A stretch of 52,129 bases of DNA from a virus. Its lineage: Duplodnaviria > Caudoviricetes. Position numbers and translations under genes: made by a program. This document shows positions 38,554 to 47,617 of this stretch, one piece after another; position 1 is the first letter of the stretch, and the number at the start of each line of letters is the position of its first letter. The stretch lies in IMG/VR virus record IMGVR_UViG_3300020469_000065, positions 1 to 52,129 of that record; one strand, given 5' to 3'. The notes beneath the pieces are model-generated. The model ran no database searches and had not been told where the DNA came from. It worked only from the letters and a program-made list of their open reading frames with translations.

Positions 38554-39321
38554 ATGGGAATCAATATGGAACTTATGCGGAAGAAGCTTGCCGCACTCCG
38601 TGGAAACGGAAAGAGTGATAGAACAAGTGTCTGGTTTAAGCCAGAAGAGGGAGATACCGACGTACGTATTGTCCCGACAGCGGACGGAGATCCACTTAAG
38701 GAGGTCTTTTTCCACTACAACATTGAAGGACACCGACAAGGTGTTATGTGCCCCAAGCGCAACTTTGGAGAACATTGCCCAATCTGTGAGTTTGCATCAC
38801 AGTTATGGCGTGATGGCACCGAGAACAACGACGACGAAACCAAAAAGCTTGCTAAGTCTCTCTTTGTTCGCAATCGTTACTTCTCGCCTGTGATTGTTCG
38901 CGGTATGGAAAGTGAAGGTGTGAAGGTTTACGGCTACGGGAAGCAGGCTTATGAGCTTCTGCTTGGTTACATTCTTGACCCAGAGTATGGTGATATCACT
39001 GACCCCGAAGGCGGTACTGATATCACTATCACTTACACCAAGCCTACGACCCCTGGCGCATACCCCAAGACCAACATGAAGATGCGCCGCAATACTAGCG
39101 CTCTTCTGAAAGATAGGGACGAAATCCCTGGTCTACTTCAGAATATGCCTGACATCGATGCGCTATTTACCAAACACTCTACACAGGAAGTAGATGCGAT
39201 TTTGAATAATATGCTGTCGGGCGATAAGTCTGCCGAGTCTCGGTCTCGCGAGACCACACAATACAATAACAACAAGAAGTCAAGTGTTGATAAGGCGTTT
39301 GATGACTTGATGGCTGGATAG
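38554..39321 (+). CDS. Single-stranded DNA-binding protein (T4 gp32-like)
   Basis: WFKP..G...VRIVP, FHY, CPK..FGEHCPICE Zn site, acidic C-terminal tail FDDLMAG. Confidence 0.8.
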   Translation: MGINMELMRKKLAALRGNGKSDRTSVWFKPEEGDTDVRIVPTADGDPLKEVFFHYNIEGHRQGVMCPKRNFGEHCPICEFASQLWRDGTENNDDETKKLAKSLFVRNRYFSPVIVRGMESEGVKVYGYGKQAYELLLGYILDPEYGDITDPEGGTDITITYTKPTTPGAYPKTNMKMRRNTSALLKDRDEIPGLLQNMPDIDALFTKHSTQEVDAILNNMLSGDKSAESRSRETTQYNNNKKSSVDKAFDDLMAG

Positions 39322-39343
39322 TAAAAGCGTTCCTGCCCCAGTC

Positions 39344-39373
39344 GCCCCCACCTGTAAAAAGGTGGGGGTTTTT
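39344..39373 (+). terminator. Intrinsic terminator
   Basis: GCCCCCACCT-GTAAAA-AGGTGGGGGT then TTTT. Confidence 0.85.
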
Positions 39374-39375
39374 CG

Positions 39376-39404
39376 TTGCGTTTTTAGTTCTCCTGTGTTA
39401 TATT
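39376..39404 (+). promoter_or_regulatory. Sigma70-type promoter for recA
   Basis: TTGCGT-17-TATATT with TG extension; followed by a GAGC-TTCG-GCTC 5' hairpin. Confidence 0.65.
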
Positions 39405-39473
39405 TACTAACGAGCTTCGGCTCTAAATTAAAGAAAAATAAAGAAAAGAAAAGCTAAAAATAAGGAGAACTTA

Positions 39474-40595
39474 ATGGCTAAAAAGAAAGAAGTCAAAGCC
39501 GGTCGCGTAGACATGAGCGCGATGCGAGCAATGATAAACAAGAAGGCTGGGCGTAATGTGGCTCACGACCTGAGAGAAGATAATCCAACATCGGTAAAGC
39601 AGTGGATACCGACAGGATCACGCTGGCTTGATTCAATTGTTTGTAAGGGAAAGTATGCTGGCATCCCTGTCGGCAAGGTAACAGAGTTGGCTGGTCTGGA
39701 AGCAACAGGAAAGTCTTTCCTTGCTGCCCAGTGCGCAGCAAATGCACAGAAGATGGGCATTGGTGTAATCTACTTTGATTCGGAGTCTGCGATTGATCCG
39801 TCATTCTTAGAGAAGGCTGGGTGTGATCTTGGCTCAATGATGTATGTCCAGGCACAGTCGGTAGAATTTGTGCTTGAGACCATAGAAGAGTTGTTGGGAG
39901 CAACAGACGACCAACTATTATTTATTTGGGACTCTCTTGCATTCACCCCGTCAGTATCAGATGTGGCAGGGGATTTCAATCCACAATCGTCAGTGGCAAC
40001 CAAGGCTCGTATTCTCGCGAAGGCGATGTCAAAACTGGTTATTCCACTTGCAGATAAGAAGGCAACGTTCCTTGTCCTCAACCAGTTGAAGACCAACATT
40101 CCACAGGGACCAATGGCGCGACAGATTGCTATGACAACACCCTACATTACCCCAGGCGGAAAGGCTATGCATTATGCTTACTCTCTTCGCATTTGGCTTA
40201 CAGGTCGCAAGAGCAAGGCAGCCTATGTCCTTGATGATAATGGTTTCCGTATTGGCTCAGAAGTCAAGGTTAAGCTTGAAAAGTCTCGCTTTGGAACCCA
40301 GGGCAGAACTTGCACATTCCGTATTTTATGGGGAACTGATCCTATTGGCGTGCAAGATGAAGAGTCGTGGTTTGAGGCGCTTAAGGGCTTTATGACCGTT
40401 GCGGGCTCTTGGTATACGCTGGAGCATAATGGCTATACCAAGAGGTTTCAGCCAAGTAAGTGGGTTGGTCTTCTACAGAAAGATCCCGAGTTCAAGAAAC
40501 ATGTTATAGAATTTATGGATGAAGTGGTTGTTCAAAAGTTTGAAAAGCGCGAAGGCGAAGCATCAGACTTCTATGAGGTAGATAAAGCCTCTTGA
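39474..40595 (+). CDS. recA: RecA/UvsX recombinase
   Basis: IPTGS..LD, GIPVGKVTELAGLEATGKS Walker A, YFDSE.A.D, WDSLA, LNQLK, TPGGKA, KSRFG. Confidence 0.93.
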   Translation: MAKKKEVKAGRVDMSAMRAMINKKAGRNVAHDLREDNPTSVKQWIPTGSRWLDSIVCKGKYAGIPVGKVTELAGLEATGKSFLAAQCAANAQKMGIGVIYFDSESAIDPSFLEKAGCDLGSMMYVQAQSVEFVLETIEELLGATDDQLLFIWDSLAFTPSVSDVAGDFNPQSSVATKARILAKAMSKLVIPLADKKATFLVLNQLKTNIPQGPMARQIAMTTPYITPGGKAMHYAYSLRIWLTGRKSKAAYVLDDNGFRIGSEVKVKLEKSRFGTQGRTCTFRILWGTDPIGVQDEESWFEALKGFMTVAGSWYTLEHNGYTKRFQPSKWVGLLQKDPEFKKHVIEFMDEVVVQKFEKREGEASDFYEVDKAS

Positions 40596-40620
40596 CAGCA
40601 CGCCTCCACCCTGTTATGTT
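40592..40620 (+). promoter_or_regulatory. Sigma70-type promoter embedded in a 10-bp inverted repeat
   Basis: TTGACA-17-TATGTT with TG extension. Confidence 0.75.
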
Positions 40621-40638
40621 ATAGGGTGGAGGTAATCT

Positions 40639-41604
40639 ATGAAACGCGTACTCGTAATCGACGCCCTCAACATGTTTTTGAGGGCGTTTATTGTCGATCC
40701 CAGCCTGTCTAATCACGGGCAGCCAATCGGTGGTATCAAAGGATCTATGAAAATTTTACAAAAACTCGTAAGAATGACAAAACCAAACGAGATTGTAATT
40801 TGCTGGGATGGACCAAACGGATCTCAAAAGCGCAAGGCACTAAACTCTGGTTATAAAGAAGGTCGTAAACCACTGCGCCTTAATCGCTCCGTTCACAATC
40901 TAACCGAGAACGAAGAACTACAAAACAAAGTTTGGCAACAAATGCAGGTTATTAAATACTTGAATCAAATGCCAATCATTCAACTTATTCTTGAGAGGGT
41001 TGAAGCTGATGACATTATTTCTTATGTATGTAATTCTCGACACTATTCTGGTTGGCAGAAGGTAATTGTCTCAAACGACAAAGACTTCTTACAACTTTGC
41101 GATGACGAGACAGTAGTGTACCGACCAACCACAGACAAGATTGAGACCAAGAAGACTGTGATTGAGAGCCTTGGTATTCATCCAACAAACATGGCACTCG
41201 CTCGTGCTATGGATGGAGACGCCAGCGACAATCTTCCCGGTGTCAATCGTGTGGGGATGAAGACGATCGCTACTAAGCTTCCGTTTATGAAAGAAGAGCG
41301 AACTGTGACAATTGATGAGCTACTGAATTACTGCGAGAACATAGACTCAAAACTGAAAGTTTATAAAAACATTACAGAGTCAAAAGCACTTATCGAACAT
41401 AACTATCAGATGATGCAGTTGTATTCTCCTCTTATCTCAGTGCAAGGCAAGCAGACCATTGATTATGCACTTGAAAACTTTGAATGCGACTTTAACAAGA
41501 CCGAACTCCTGAAACTAATGATTGAAGACGGCTTTGGTGAGTTGAACTGGGAAGAATTAAAAACGTTCTTAAACAAGATTTCAAGGGAATGTAATGATAA
41601 GTGA
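40639..41604 (+). CDS. 5'-3' exonuclease / flap endonuclease (T4 RNase H, Pol I N-terminal family)
   Basis: LVIDALN, WDG, YKEGR, EADDII, IVSNDKDFLQL, GDASDNLPGV. Confidence 0.92.
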   Translation: MKRVLVIDALNMFLRAFIVDPSLSNHGQPIGGIKGSMKILQKLVRMTKPNEIVICWDGPNGSQKRKALNSGYKEGRKPLRLNRSVHNLTENEELQNKVWQQMQVIKYLNQMPIIQLILERVEADDIISYVCNSRHYSGWQKVIVSNDKDFLQLCDDETVVYRPTTDKIETKKTVIESLGIHPTNMALARAMDGDASDNLPGVNRVGMKTIATKLPFMKEERTVTIDELLNYCENIDSKLKVYKNITESKALIEHNYQMMQLYSPLISVQGKQTIDYALENFECDFNKTELLKLMIEDGFGELNWEELKTFLNKISRECNDK

Positions 41605-41605
41605 C

Positions 41606-41613
41606 ACTATTTA
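41606..41613 (+). promoter_or_regulatory. ACTATTTA putative late promoter inside the replication module
   Basis: Intergenic, before the GAGG RBS of 41631. Confidence 0.65.
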
Positions 41614-41630
41614 CTACCGAGGTGTAGTAA

Positions 41631-42395
41631 ATGGAAGAACTCTACGAAATTGATGAAGCCGTTCTTGAAGCAGTCATGGGTGCAAATAAAATTGCAAAAC
41701 TTGAAGCTGAATACGTCAACAATAGAAGCGCCGCCGCGTTACAGCAGCTTACCAAACTATCTAAGTTGGGTAAATACAATATGAAAAGCTTGCGCAAAGC
41801 GATGAAACGAGTCTCTGAATCAGAACAAATTGAGCTAGACGAGAAAAGGAAGAAGCGCAGAAAGCGTAAGAAGAAAAAGAAGAAGAGCGGCGGCAAGAAA
41901 GACGCCTGCTATCACAAGGTTAAGTCTCGTTACAAGGTTTGGCCATCTGCTTATGCTTCTGGTGCCCTCGTGAAGTGCCGCAAAGTCGGTGCTAAAAACT
42001 GGGGCAACAAATCCAAGAAGAACGAAGGCATAGAACTAGACGATCATCTTCTACAGATTATCAAAGAGGAATACGCAGCAGTCGTAGCCGAAAAAAAAAA
42101 GAAGCGCAAAGGCGGAAAGAAAGATGGAAAAGGGGCTAGCAGTAAGGGGTACACTCTAAGAAACTGGTTTGCAGGCGACGGCTGGGTTCAAACCGGCGGC
42201 AAGTACGACGGCAAGCCCTGCGCAAAGCAACCCGGACAAAAGACAAAGCCTTACTGCCGCGACCCTGATGATCGTGCAAAGATGAGCAAGAAAGAGCGCG
42301 ACAAGAGAGCAGCCAAAAAGCGCAAAGAAGATCCAAACCCCGATCGTCGTGGCAAAGCCAAGAACGTAAAGCAGAAAAAAGGAAAGAAAAAGTAA
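41631..42395 (+). CDS. Highly basic modular hypothetical protein
   Basis: Poly-Lys/Arg tracts; Cys/Trp modules DACYHKVKSRYKVWPSAYASGALVKCRK and LRNWF...WVQ...KPCA; internal LQIIKEEY. Confidence 0.75.
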   Translation: MEELYEIDEAVLEAVMGANKIAKLEAEYVNNRSAAALQQLTKLSKLGKYNMKSLRKAMKRVSESEQIELDEKRKKRRKRKKKKKKSGGKKDACYHKVKSRYKVWPSAYASGALVKCRKVGAKNWGNKSKKNEGIELDDHLLQIIKEEYAAVVAEKKKKRKGGKKDGKGASSKGYTLRNWFAGDGWVQTGGKYDGKPCAKQPGQKTKPYCRDPDDRAKMSKKERDKRAAKKRKEDPNPDRRGKAKNVKQKKGKKK

Positions 42396-42727
42396 TGGAA
42401 CTCACAGAATCATACGTCAGACAAGTAATCAAAGAAGAGTATCGGGCTGTTCTTGACGAAAAGAAAAAGAAGAAGAAGTCCGCCAAGGATAAGATGAAGT
42501 GTAATTCCCCTCGTCGTATTCGCGATGGCGAAGCAGGTCACGGCAAAAAGAAGTTTGTTGTTAAGGCATGCGACGGTGGCAAAGAAAGAATAATCCGTTA
42601 TGGAGACGCTGGCTTGAAGATCAAGCGCAAACAGAAGGGACGTAGAAAGAATTTCCGCGCTCGTCACAACTGCGATAACCCCGGATCCAAATTGAAAGCT
42701 CGCTACTGGTCCTGCAAGAACTGGTAG
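42395..42727 (+). CDS. Small basic hypothetical protein
   Basis: VRQVIKEEY leader; KKFVVKAC...RYGD...NFRARHNC...ARYWSCKNW. Confidence 0.75.
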   Translation: MELTESYVRQVIKEEYRAVLDEKKKKKKSAKDKMKCNSPRRIRDGEAGHGKKKFVVKACDGGKERIIRYGDAGLKIKRKQKGRRKNFRARHNCDNPGSKLKARYWSCKNW

Positions 42728-42773
42728 AAAAAAGTTAGGCAGCGTCAAGAGTAAAAAAAACTTCTAACTCGCG

Positions 42774-42801
42774 TTGACTTTTGAGTTAGGTGTGTTATAC
42801 T
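42774..42801 (+). promoter_or_regulatory. Sigma70-type promoter for helicase/RNR operon
   Basis: TTGACT-16-TATACT with TG extension; -35 flanked by the CTAACTC/GAGTTAG inverted repeat. Confidence 0.65.
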
Positions 42802-42826
42802 TAGTAGAGCGAGACCTAGGAGCGAC

Positions 42827-44224
42827 ATGCTTGCACACAAAGCAGACTTTGGAAGGTACGGTAAGTCCTTCCAAGAGGGGCTTGTTCAACTCATTTTTGA
42901 GGACAGACCCTTCGCAGACCAAATAACCGAAGTTCTAGACGTTGAGTTTCTAGAACTTGAATATCTTCGCACGTTTGTGGCGAAGATTGTTGAATACAGA
43001 GTAAAGTACGGAAAGCATCCATCCACAAATGCTATGATCTCCATACTTCGTACAGAGTTAGACCGAGAATCAGAAATCACACAACAACAAGTTCGTGACT
43101 ACTTTGCGAGAGTTCATACAAATGAATTAGCAGACGACATAGACTACATTAAAGAAACTTCTCTTGACTTCTGCCGAAAGCAAAAGTTAAAGGAAGCTAT
43201 GATGAGGTCTGTAAACCTTCTACAGACTTGCTCTTTTGATGAGATCTCGAAGGTAATTAATGATGCACTCAAATTAGGTTCAGAGAATAACTTTGGACAT
43301 GATTTCATTGCTGATTTTGAGGAAAGATATAAGCCAAAGTTCAGACTGCCAGTAACAACAGGGTGGAATGAAATTGATACTATCACAAGTGGCGGTCTTG
43401 GTAGAAATGAGCTTGGCGTCGTCATTGCTCCTACTGGCGCAGGAAAATCTATGGCGCTTGTCCATCTTGGTTCTCAAGCCATCAAAGACGGCAAGACTGT
43501 TGTTCACTATACCTTAGAACTACAAGATACAGTTGTTGCCTGTCGCTATGATTCTTGCATCACGGGATATCCGCTATCTGATTTGACCAATTTCAAAGAT
43601 GAAATCTTTGAGGAAATCAAGGGACTTGATGGGACACTGATCGTTAAAGAATACCCAACCAAGTCAGCTTCTACAAATACAATCAAGGCGCATCTATCCC
43701 GTTTAGTAAAGAGGGGTATAGAGCCCGGCATGATAATCGTAGATTACGCAGATTTGTTAAGACCTGTCGTAGTGCGGAAAGAAAAAAGAACGGAACTGGA
43801 GTCAATCTATGAGGAACTACGGGGGCTTTCTAATGAGTTTAACTGCCCTATTTGGACCGCTTCCCAGACCAACCGTTCTGGTCTAAACGCAGAAGTTGTG
43901 ACAATGGAACAGATTAGTGAAGCATTCAACAAGTGTTTCGTTGCTGATTTTATTTGCACACTCTCGCGTACTATTGAAGATAAACAAAACAATAGAGCAA
44001 AAATGTTCATTGCTAAGAATCGTAATGGACCGGATGGTATTGTTTATAATCTTTTCATGGATACATCAAATGTGTGCATTAAAATGTTGCCCAAGCCAGT
44101 TGTTCCTGCTGGTGTAGCGGCACAAGTCGCATCTAACCCAGTTGTTGTGACAGCCAAGGAACAAAAAGAAATATTAAAAAACAAGTATGATAAATTCAAA
44201 AAGCTAAGGAGTAAAGCAAAATGA
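42827..44224 (+). CDS. dnaB: Replicative DnaB-like helicase (T4 gp41-like)
   Basis: IAPTGAGKS Walker A, YTLE, IIVDYADLL, WTASQTNR, IAKNRNG. Confidence 0.92.
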   Translation: MLAHKADFGRYGKSFQEGLVQLIFEDRPFADQITEVLDVEFLELEYLRTFVAKIVEYRVKYGKHPSTNAMISILRTELDRESEITQQQVRDYFARVHTNELADDIDYIKETSLDFCRKQKLKEAMMRSVNLLQTCSFDEISKVINDALKLGSENNFGHDFIADFEERYKPKFRLPVTTGWNEIDTITSGGLGRNELGVVIAPTGAGKSMALVHLGSQAIKDGKTVVHYTLELQDTVVACRYDSCITGYPLSDLTNFKDEIFEEIKGLDGTLIVKEYPTKSASTNTIKAHLSRLVKRGIEPGMIIVDYADLLRPVVVRKEKRTELESIYEELRGLSNEFNCPIWTASQTNRSGLNAEVVTMEQISEAFNKCFVADFICTLSRTIEDKQNNRAKMFIAKNRNGPDGIVYNLFMDTSNVCIKMLPKPVVPAGVAAQVASNPVVVTAKEQKEILKNKYDKFKKLRSKAK

Positions 44225-46182
44225 GATCACACATTCGTAGATTTAAGTTATCAGATACATTTATAGAACAGTATAGGGATCGTGAGGTCCCTTGGGGACC
44301 TCTTGGTTATGTCACGTTTAAACGGACGTATGCCCGCCGCTTAAGTGAATTTGATGAAGAAGCAACTGGCACCGAAGAATGGCACCAGACATGCCGTCGT
44401 GTCATTGAGGGTATGTTCGACATGCAGAAACAGCATGTCTACAAGCTTGGTCTTGAGTGGAATGACCAGAAAGCACAGCGCACAGCAAAGGATGCGTTTG
44501 ATCGTCTCTTCAACCTTAAGTGGACGCCCCCCGGTCGTGGCTTATGGATGATGGGAACTAAGTTCGTTAACACCCGCACAGCAGCAGGTCTGTTCAATTG
44601 TGCGTTTCGTTCTACCCGAGAGCTTAACACCAAGGGTGGTTATCTGTTCGCTTGGATGATGGACGCGCTCATGCTTGGTATCGGTGTCGGCTTTGACACT
44701 CTTGGTGCTGACACAATCACTATTCAGGAGCCAGAATTCACAAATGAAACACACGTCATTCCAGACTCTCGTGAGGGATGGGTTGATTCTGTAAAGATCT
44801 TATTGAACGGTTTTCTGTTTGGCTCAAAGATTCCTACTTTTGACTATTCAGCAATACGTCCGTATGGTGCTCCTATTCGCGGCTTTGGTGGCACATCAAG
44901 CGGCTCCGGTCCTCTTGAGGAACTACATAAGGACTTGTCAGAACTTTACAATGCCAGGATTGGTGAGGAATTAACTTCTGTTGATATTGTAGATACGGAA
45001 AATTTGATTGGTCGTTGCGTTGTTGCTGGTAATGTTCGTAGGTCTGCTGCGCTAGCTCTTGGCAACCACGAAGACCGCGAATATCTTCAGATGAAGAATG
45101 ATTCTGAGAAACTTGCCCACCACCGTTGGGGTTCCAATAACTCCTTTCACGCACTTGTTGGTCAGGACTATACTTGGCACGCTGAACAATCACAGAAGAA
45201 CGGAGAGCCAGGATACATCTGGCTTGACAACGCAAGAACTCGTGGTCGCTTTGCTGATCCTCCGAGAGACGATGATAAAAATGTTATGGGCTTCAATCCC
45301 TGCGTGGAGCAACAGTTGGAAGATGCTGAGTTGTGCTGTCTTGTTGAGACTTTCCCAGCAAAGCACGAAACTTACGAAGATTACCTCGCAACTCTTAAGA
45401 TCGCATACCTTTATGGCAAGACTGTTACACTTGCCAACACACATTGGCCAGAAACTAATGCCAAAATGCTTAAGAACCGTCGTATCGGTCTTTCACAGTC
45501 TGGTGTTGTCCAGGCTTTCAACAAGTTCGGTCGCCGTGAGTTGCTACAATGGTGTGATAATGCCTACGAGCATGTAAAAGAGTTGGATGCAGAATACTCT
45601 GATTGGCTTTGTATTCCAAAGTCAGTAAGAATGACAAGCATCAAACCTTCTGGCACAGTTTCACTTCTCAATGGTTCTACCCCCGGCATCCATTACCCCG
45701 AGGATGAATACTACATTCGTCGTATTCGTTTTGCGGCTGACAGTGATATGCTACCTGCCCTCGCAGCAGCAGGATATAAGATTGAACCTGATCACTACTC
45801 TCCAAACACTATGTGTGTAGAGTTTCCTGTCCACGAAGAACACTTCATCAAGGGCAAGAGAGAAATTACAATGTGGGAGCAGCTAGAGATTGCAGCACAG
45901 TACCAGCATTATTGGGCAGACAACTCTGTTTCTATTACTGTGACTTTTAAACCCGAAGAAGCAGCAGACATTAAGACCGCTCTTGAGATGTACGAGACCA
46001 GACTAAAGGCTGTATCATTCTTGCGCTATGAAGAGACAGGTTATGTTCAGGCTCCTTACGAGCCAATAACCCGAGAACAATACGAAGAGATGAGTGAAGG
46101 CATTACCCCGGTTCAGCGTTTTAACACCGAAGAAGGTGGAGAAGGAACTAAGTTTTGCGATGGTGAATCATGTATAATGTGA
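44221..46182 (+). CDS. nrdJ: Class II (adenosylcobalamin-dependent) ribonucleotide reductase
   Basis: PPGRGLW, NCAF, VAGNVRRSA, NPCVEQ, IKPSGTVSLL, C-terminal FCDGESC. Confidence 0.92.
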   Translation: MRSHIRRFKLSDTFIEQYRDREVPWGPLGYVTFKRTYARRLSEFDEEATGTEEWHQTCRRVIEGMFDMQKQHVYKLGLEWNDQKAQRTAKDAFDRLFNLKWTPPGRGLWMMGTKFVNTRTAAGLFNCAFRSTRELNTKGGYLFAWMMDALMLGIGVGFDTLGADTITIQEPEFTNETHVIPDSREGWVDSVKILLNGFLFGSKIPTFDYSAIRPYGAPIRGFGGTSSGSGPLEELHKDLSELYNARIGEELTSVDIVDTENLIGRCVVAGNVRRSAALALGNHEDREYLQMKNDSEKLAHHRWGSNNSFHALVGQDYTWHAEQSQKNGEPGYIWLDNARTRGRFADPPRDDDKNVMGFNPCVEQQLEDAELCCLVETFPAKHETYEDYLATLKIAYLYGKTVTLANTHWPETNAKMLKNRRIGLSQSGVVQAFNKFGRRELLQWCDNAYEHVKELDAEYSDWLCIPKSVRMTSIKPSGTVSLLNGSTPGIHYPEDEYYIRRIRFAADSDMLPALAAAGYKIEPDHYSPNTMCVEFPVHEEHFIKGKREITMWEQLEIAAQYQHYWADNSVSITVTFKPEEAADIKTALEMYETRLKAVSFLRYEETGYVQAPYEPITREQYEEMSEGITPVQRFNTEEGGEGTKFCDGESCIM

Positions 46183-46192
46183 TGGGTGCGGC

Positions 46193-46432
46193 ATGAATTT
46201 TAATCATTTATTTATGGAAAGAGAACTGCGCCTTGCTAATAAAAGAGGCAAGTGTTCGTGTTGTCACTGGCTACCAGCATCTGAAGGGCAAGCTAGTGCA
46301 GCAAGAAATATGGTAGTCAAGATGTATTGTAAAAAATGTGATAACACAACAATGGTATTTATGCATGTTGACGAATATAAAATACACGAAAAAGTTATAA
46401 TTCAGGAGGTGAATCGTGTTAAGACCAGTTAA
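46193..46432 (+). CDS. Small Zn-ribbon-like hypothetical protein
   Basis: CSCCH...YCKKC. Confidence 0.55.
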   Translation: MNFNHLFMERELRLANKRGKCSCCHWLPASEGQASAARNMVVKMYCKKCDNTTMVFMHVDEYKIHEKVIIQEVNRVKTS

Positions 46433-46685
46433 TAGACATATTTTGGTAGGATACTCTCCACCACAGGAAAAGACAGACTCAGGAATTTTACTACCTGATG
46501 ACTACAAACCCCCTACAGAAGACTACTTAGTTGTAGATGTTTTGGCTGTAGCAGATGATGTCTCTATAAGTTGTAATACTGATGACAAAATTATTATCGA
46601 CAAAAAGATGTTACAGCAAATTAGTGTTCAACACTCTAATTACTATTTGATATTAGAGAATTATGTATTAGGAGTACTGCAATAA
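46416..46685 (+). CDS. groES: GroES/Cpn10-like co-chaperonin
   Basis: LRPVNRHILV, KTDSGILLP mobile loop, VLAV, YYLILENYVLGV; AGGAGG RBS with GTG start. Confidence 0.75.
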   Translation: MLRPVNRHILVGYSPPQEKTDSGILLPDDYKPPTEDYLVVDVLAVADDVSISCNTDDKIIIDKKMLQQISVQHSNYYLILENYVLGVLQ

Positions 46686-47579
46686 ATGGATAAAGACTTT
46701 TACAACAAATCATCGGCACAAAGCCTTGGCTGGGATCCAACTTGGTTTGGTGAAAAGTATTTTGATGATAAACTTGTAAGAGCCATTAAGCGTTTTCAAA
46801 AACGCTATGGTCTGGGTGCTGATGGCATGTGTGGACCAAACACATTCCGTTGCCTCTGGACCGAGCGCCAAGAAAACATTGACGACTACGAACCCACAGA
46901 CCCACATTACTCAAACTACATTGTTTACAATGGCAACTTTACACCAATAAAGTGGGACAAGTTTGTGTTGTGGTCTGAGCGCGGCGGGCTTATGGCACGT
47001 CCCGGCAACTACTATGACTACACAGCGAGACCTCAAAGAGATGTCAAGTTGTTTGTTAATCACTGGGACGCTTGCCTGTCTTCTACACAATGCCAAAAAG
47101 TTTTAGATAAGCGTGGCATAAGTGTTCACTTTCTTATCGATAATGACGGCACAATCTATCAGACTCTTGATATGCAGCACGCCGCCTTCCACGCAGGCAA
47201 GGTTAATCGCAAGTCTGTCGGTGTAGAGATCTCCAATGCTTTTTACACAAAGTATCAGGATACCTATGTCCGCAGAGGATTCGGGGAAAGACCATTAATT
47301 GACAATGCAAGAGTCCATTTCAGTGAAATACAGCCCTTCTTGGGTTTTTACCCAGTTCAGATTGAGGCGCTTAAGGCTTTGTGGTCGGCAGTACATAACG
47401 CATGTGATGTTCCACTAGAGACTCCACTAAACCAGTTTGGCAAAACCTCTACGGTTTATGAACAACAGTGGACCTATGGTAAAGAGCGCGGCTTCGTCAG
47501 TCACTACCACGTTGACAAGCGTAAGATAGACTGCGCAGGGCTAGACATAAAAACCTTGCTCTCTGAGCTTGACGACTGA
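46686..47579 (+). CDS. N-acetylmuramoyl-L-alanine amidase (endolysin-like) with N-terminal peptidoglycan-binding motif
   Basis: AIKRFQKRYGLGADGMCGPNT PG-binding; FVNHWD, SVHFLIDNDGTIYQ, AFHAG..N..SVGVE, SHY...KIDC. Confidence 0.85.
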   Translation: MDKDFYNKSSAQSLGWDPTWFGEKYFDDKLVRAIKRFQKRYGLGADGMCGPNTFRCLWTERQENIDDYEPTDPHYSNYIVYNGNFTPIKWDKFVLWSERGGLMARPGNYYDYTARPQRDVKLFVNHWDACLSSTQCQKVLDKRGISVHFLIDNDGTIYQTLDMQHAAFHAGKVNRKSVGVEISNAFYTKYQDTYVRRGFGERPLIDNARVHFSEIQPFLGFYPVQIEALKALWSAVHNACDVPLETPLNQFGKTSTVYEQQWTYGKERGFVSHYHVDKRKIDCAGLDIKTLLSELDD

Positions 47580-47597
47580 CCTGCGACCTGTTATGTT
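47569..47597 (+). promoter_or_regulatory. Sigma70-type promoter for thyX and the cassette array
   Basis: TTGACG-17-TATGTT with TG extension; shares CCTGTTATGTTATA with the 40592 promoter. Confidence 0.7.
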
Positions 47598-47617
47598 ATA
47601 AACATAACGGAGAACAG

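Noticed and set aside
38397-38618. 73-aa ORF in the track
   Set aside because: It spans two promoters, overlaps the SSB gene out of frame and has no RBS.
44221-46182. Intein or intron in RNR, helicase, terminase or RecA
   Set aside because: Lengths are ordinary, ORFs are uninterrupted and no intein or homing-endonuclease motifs are seen.
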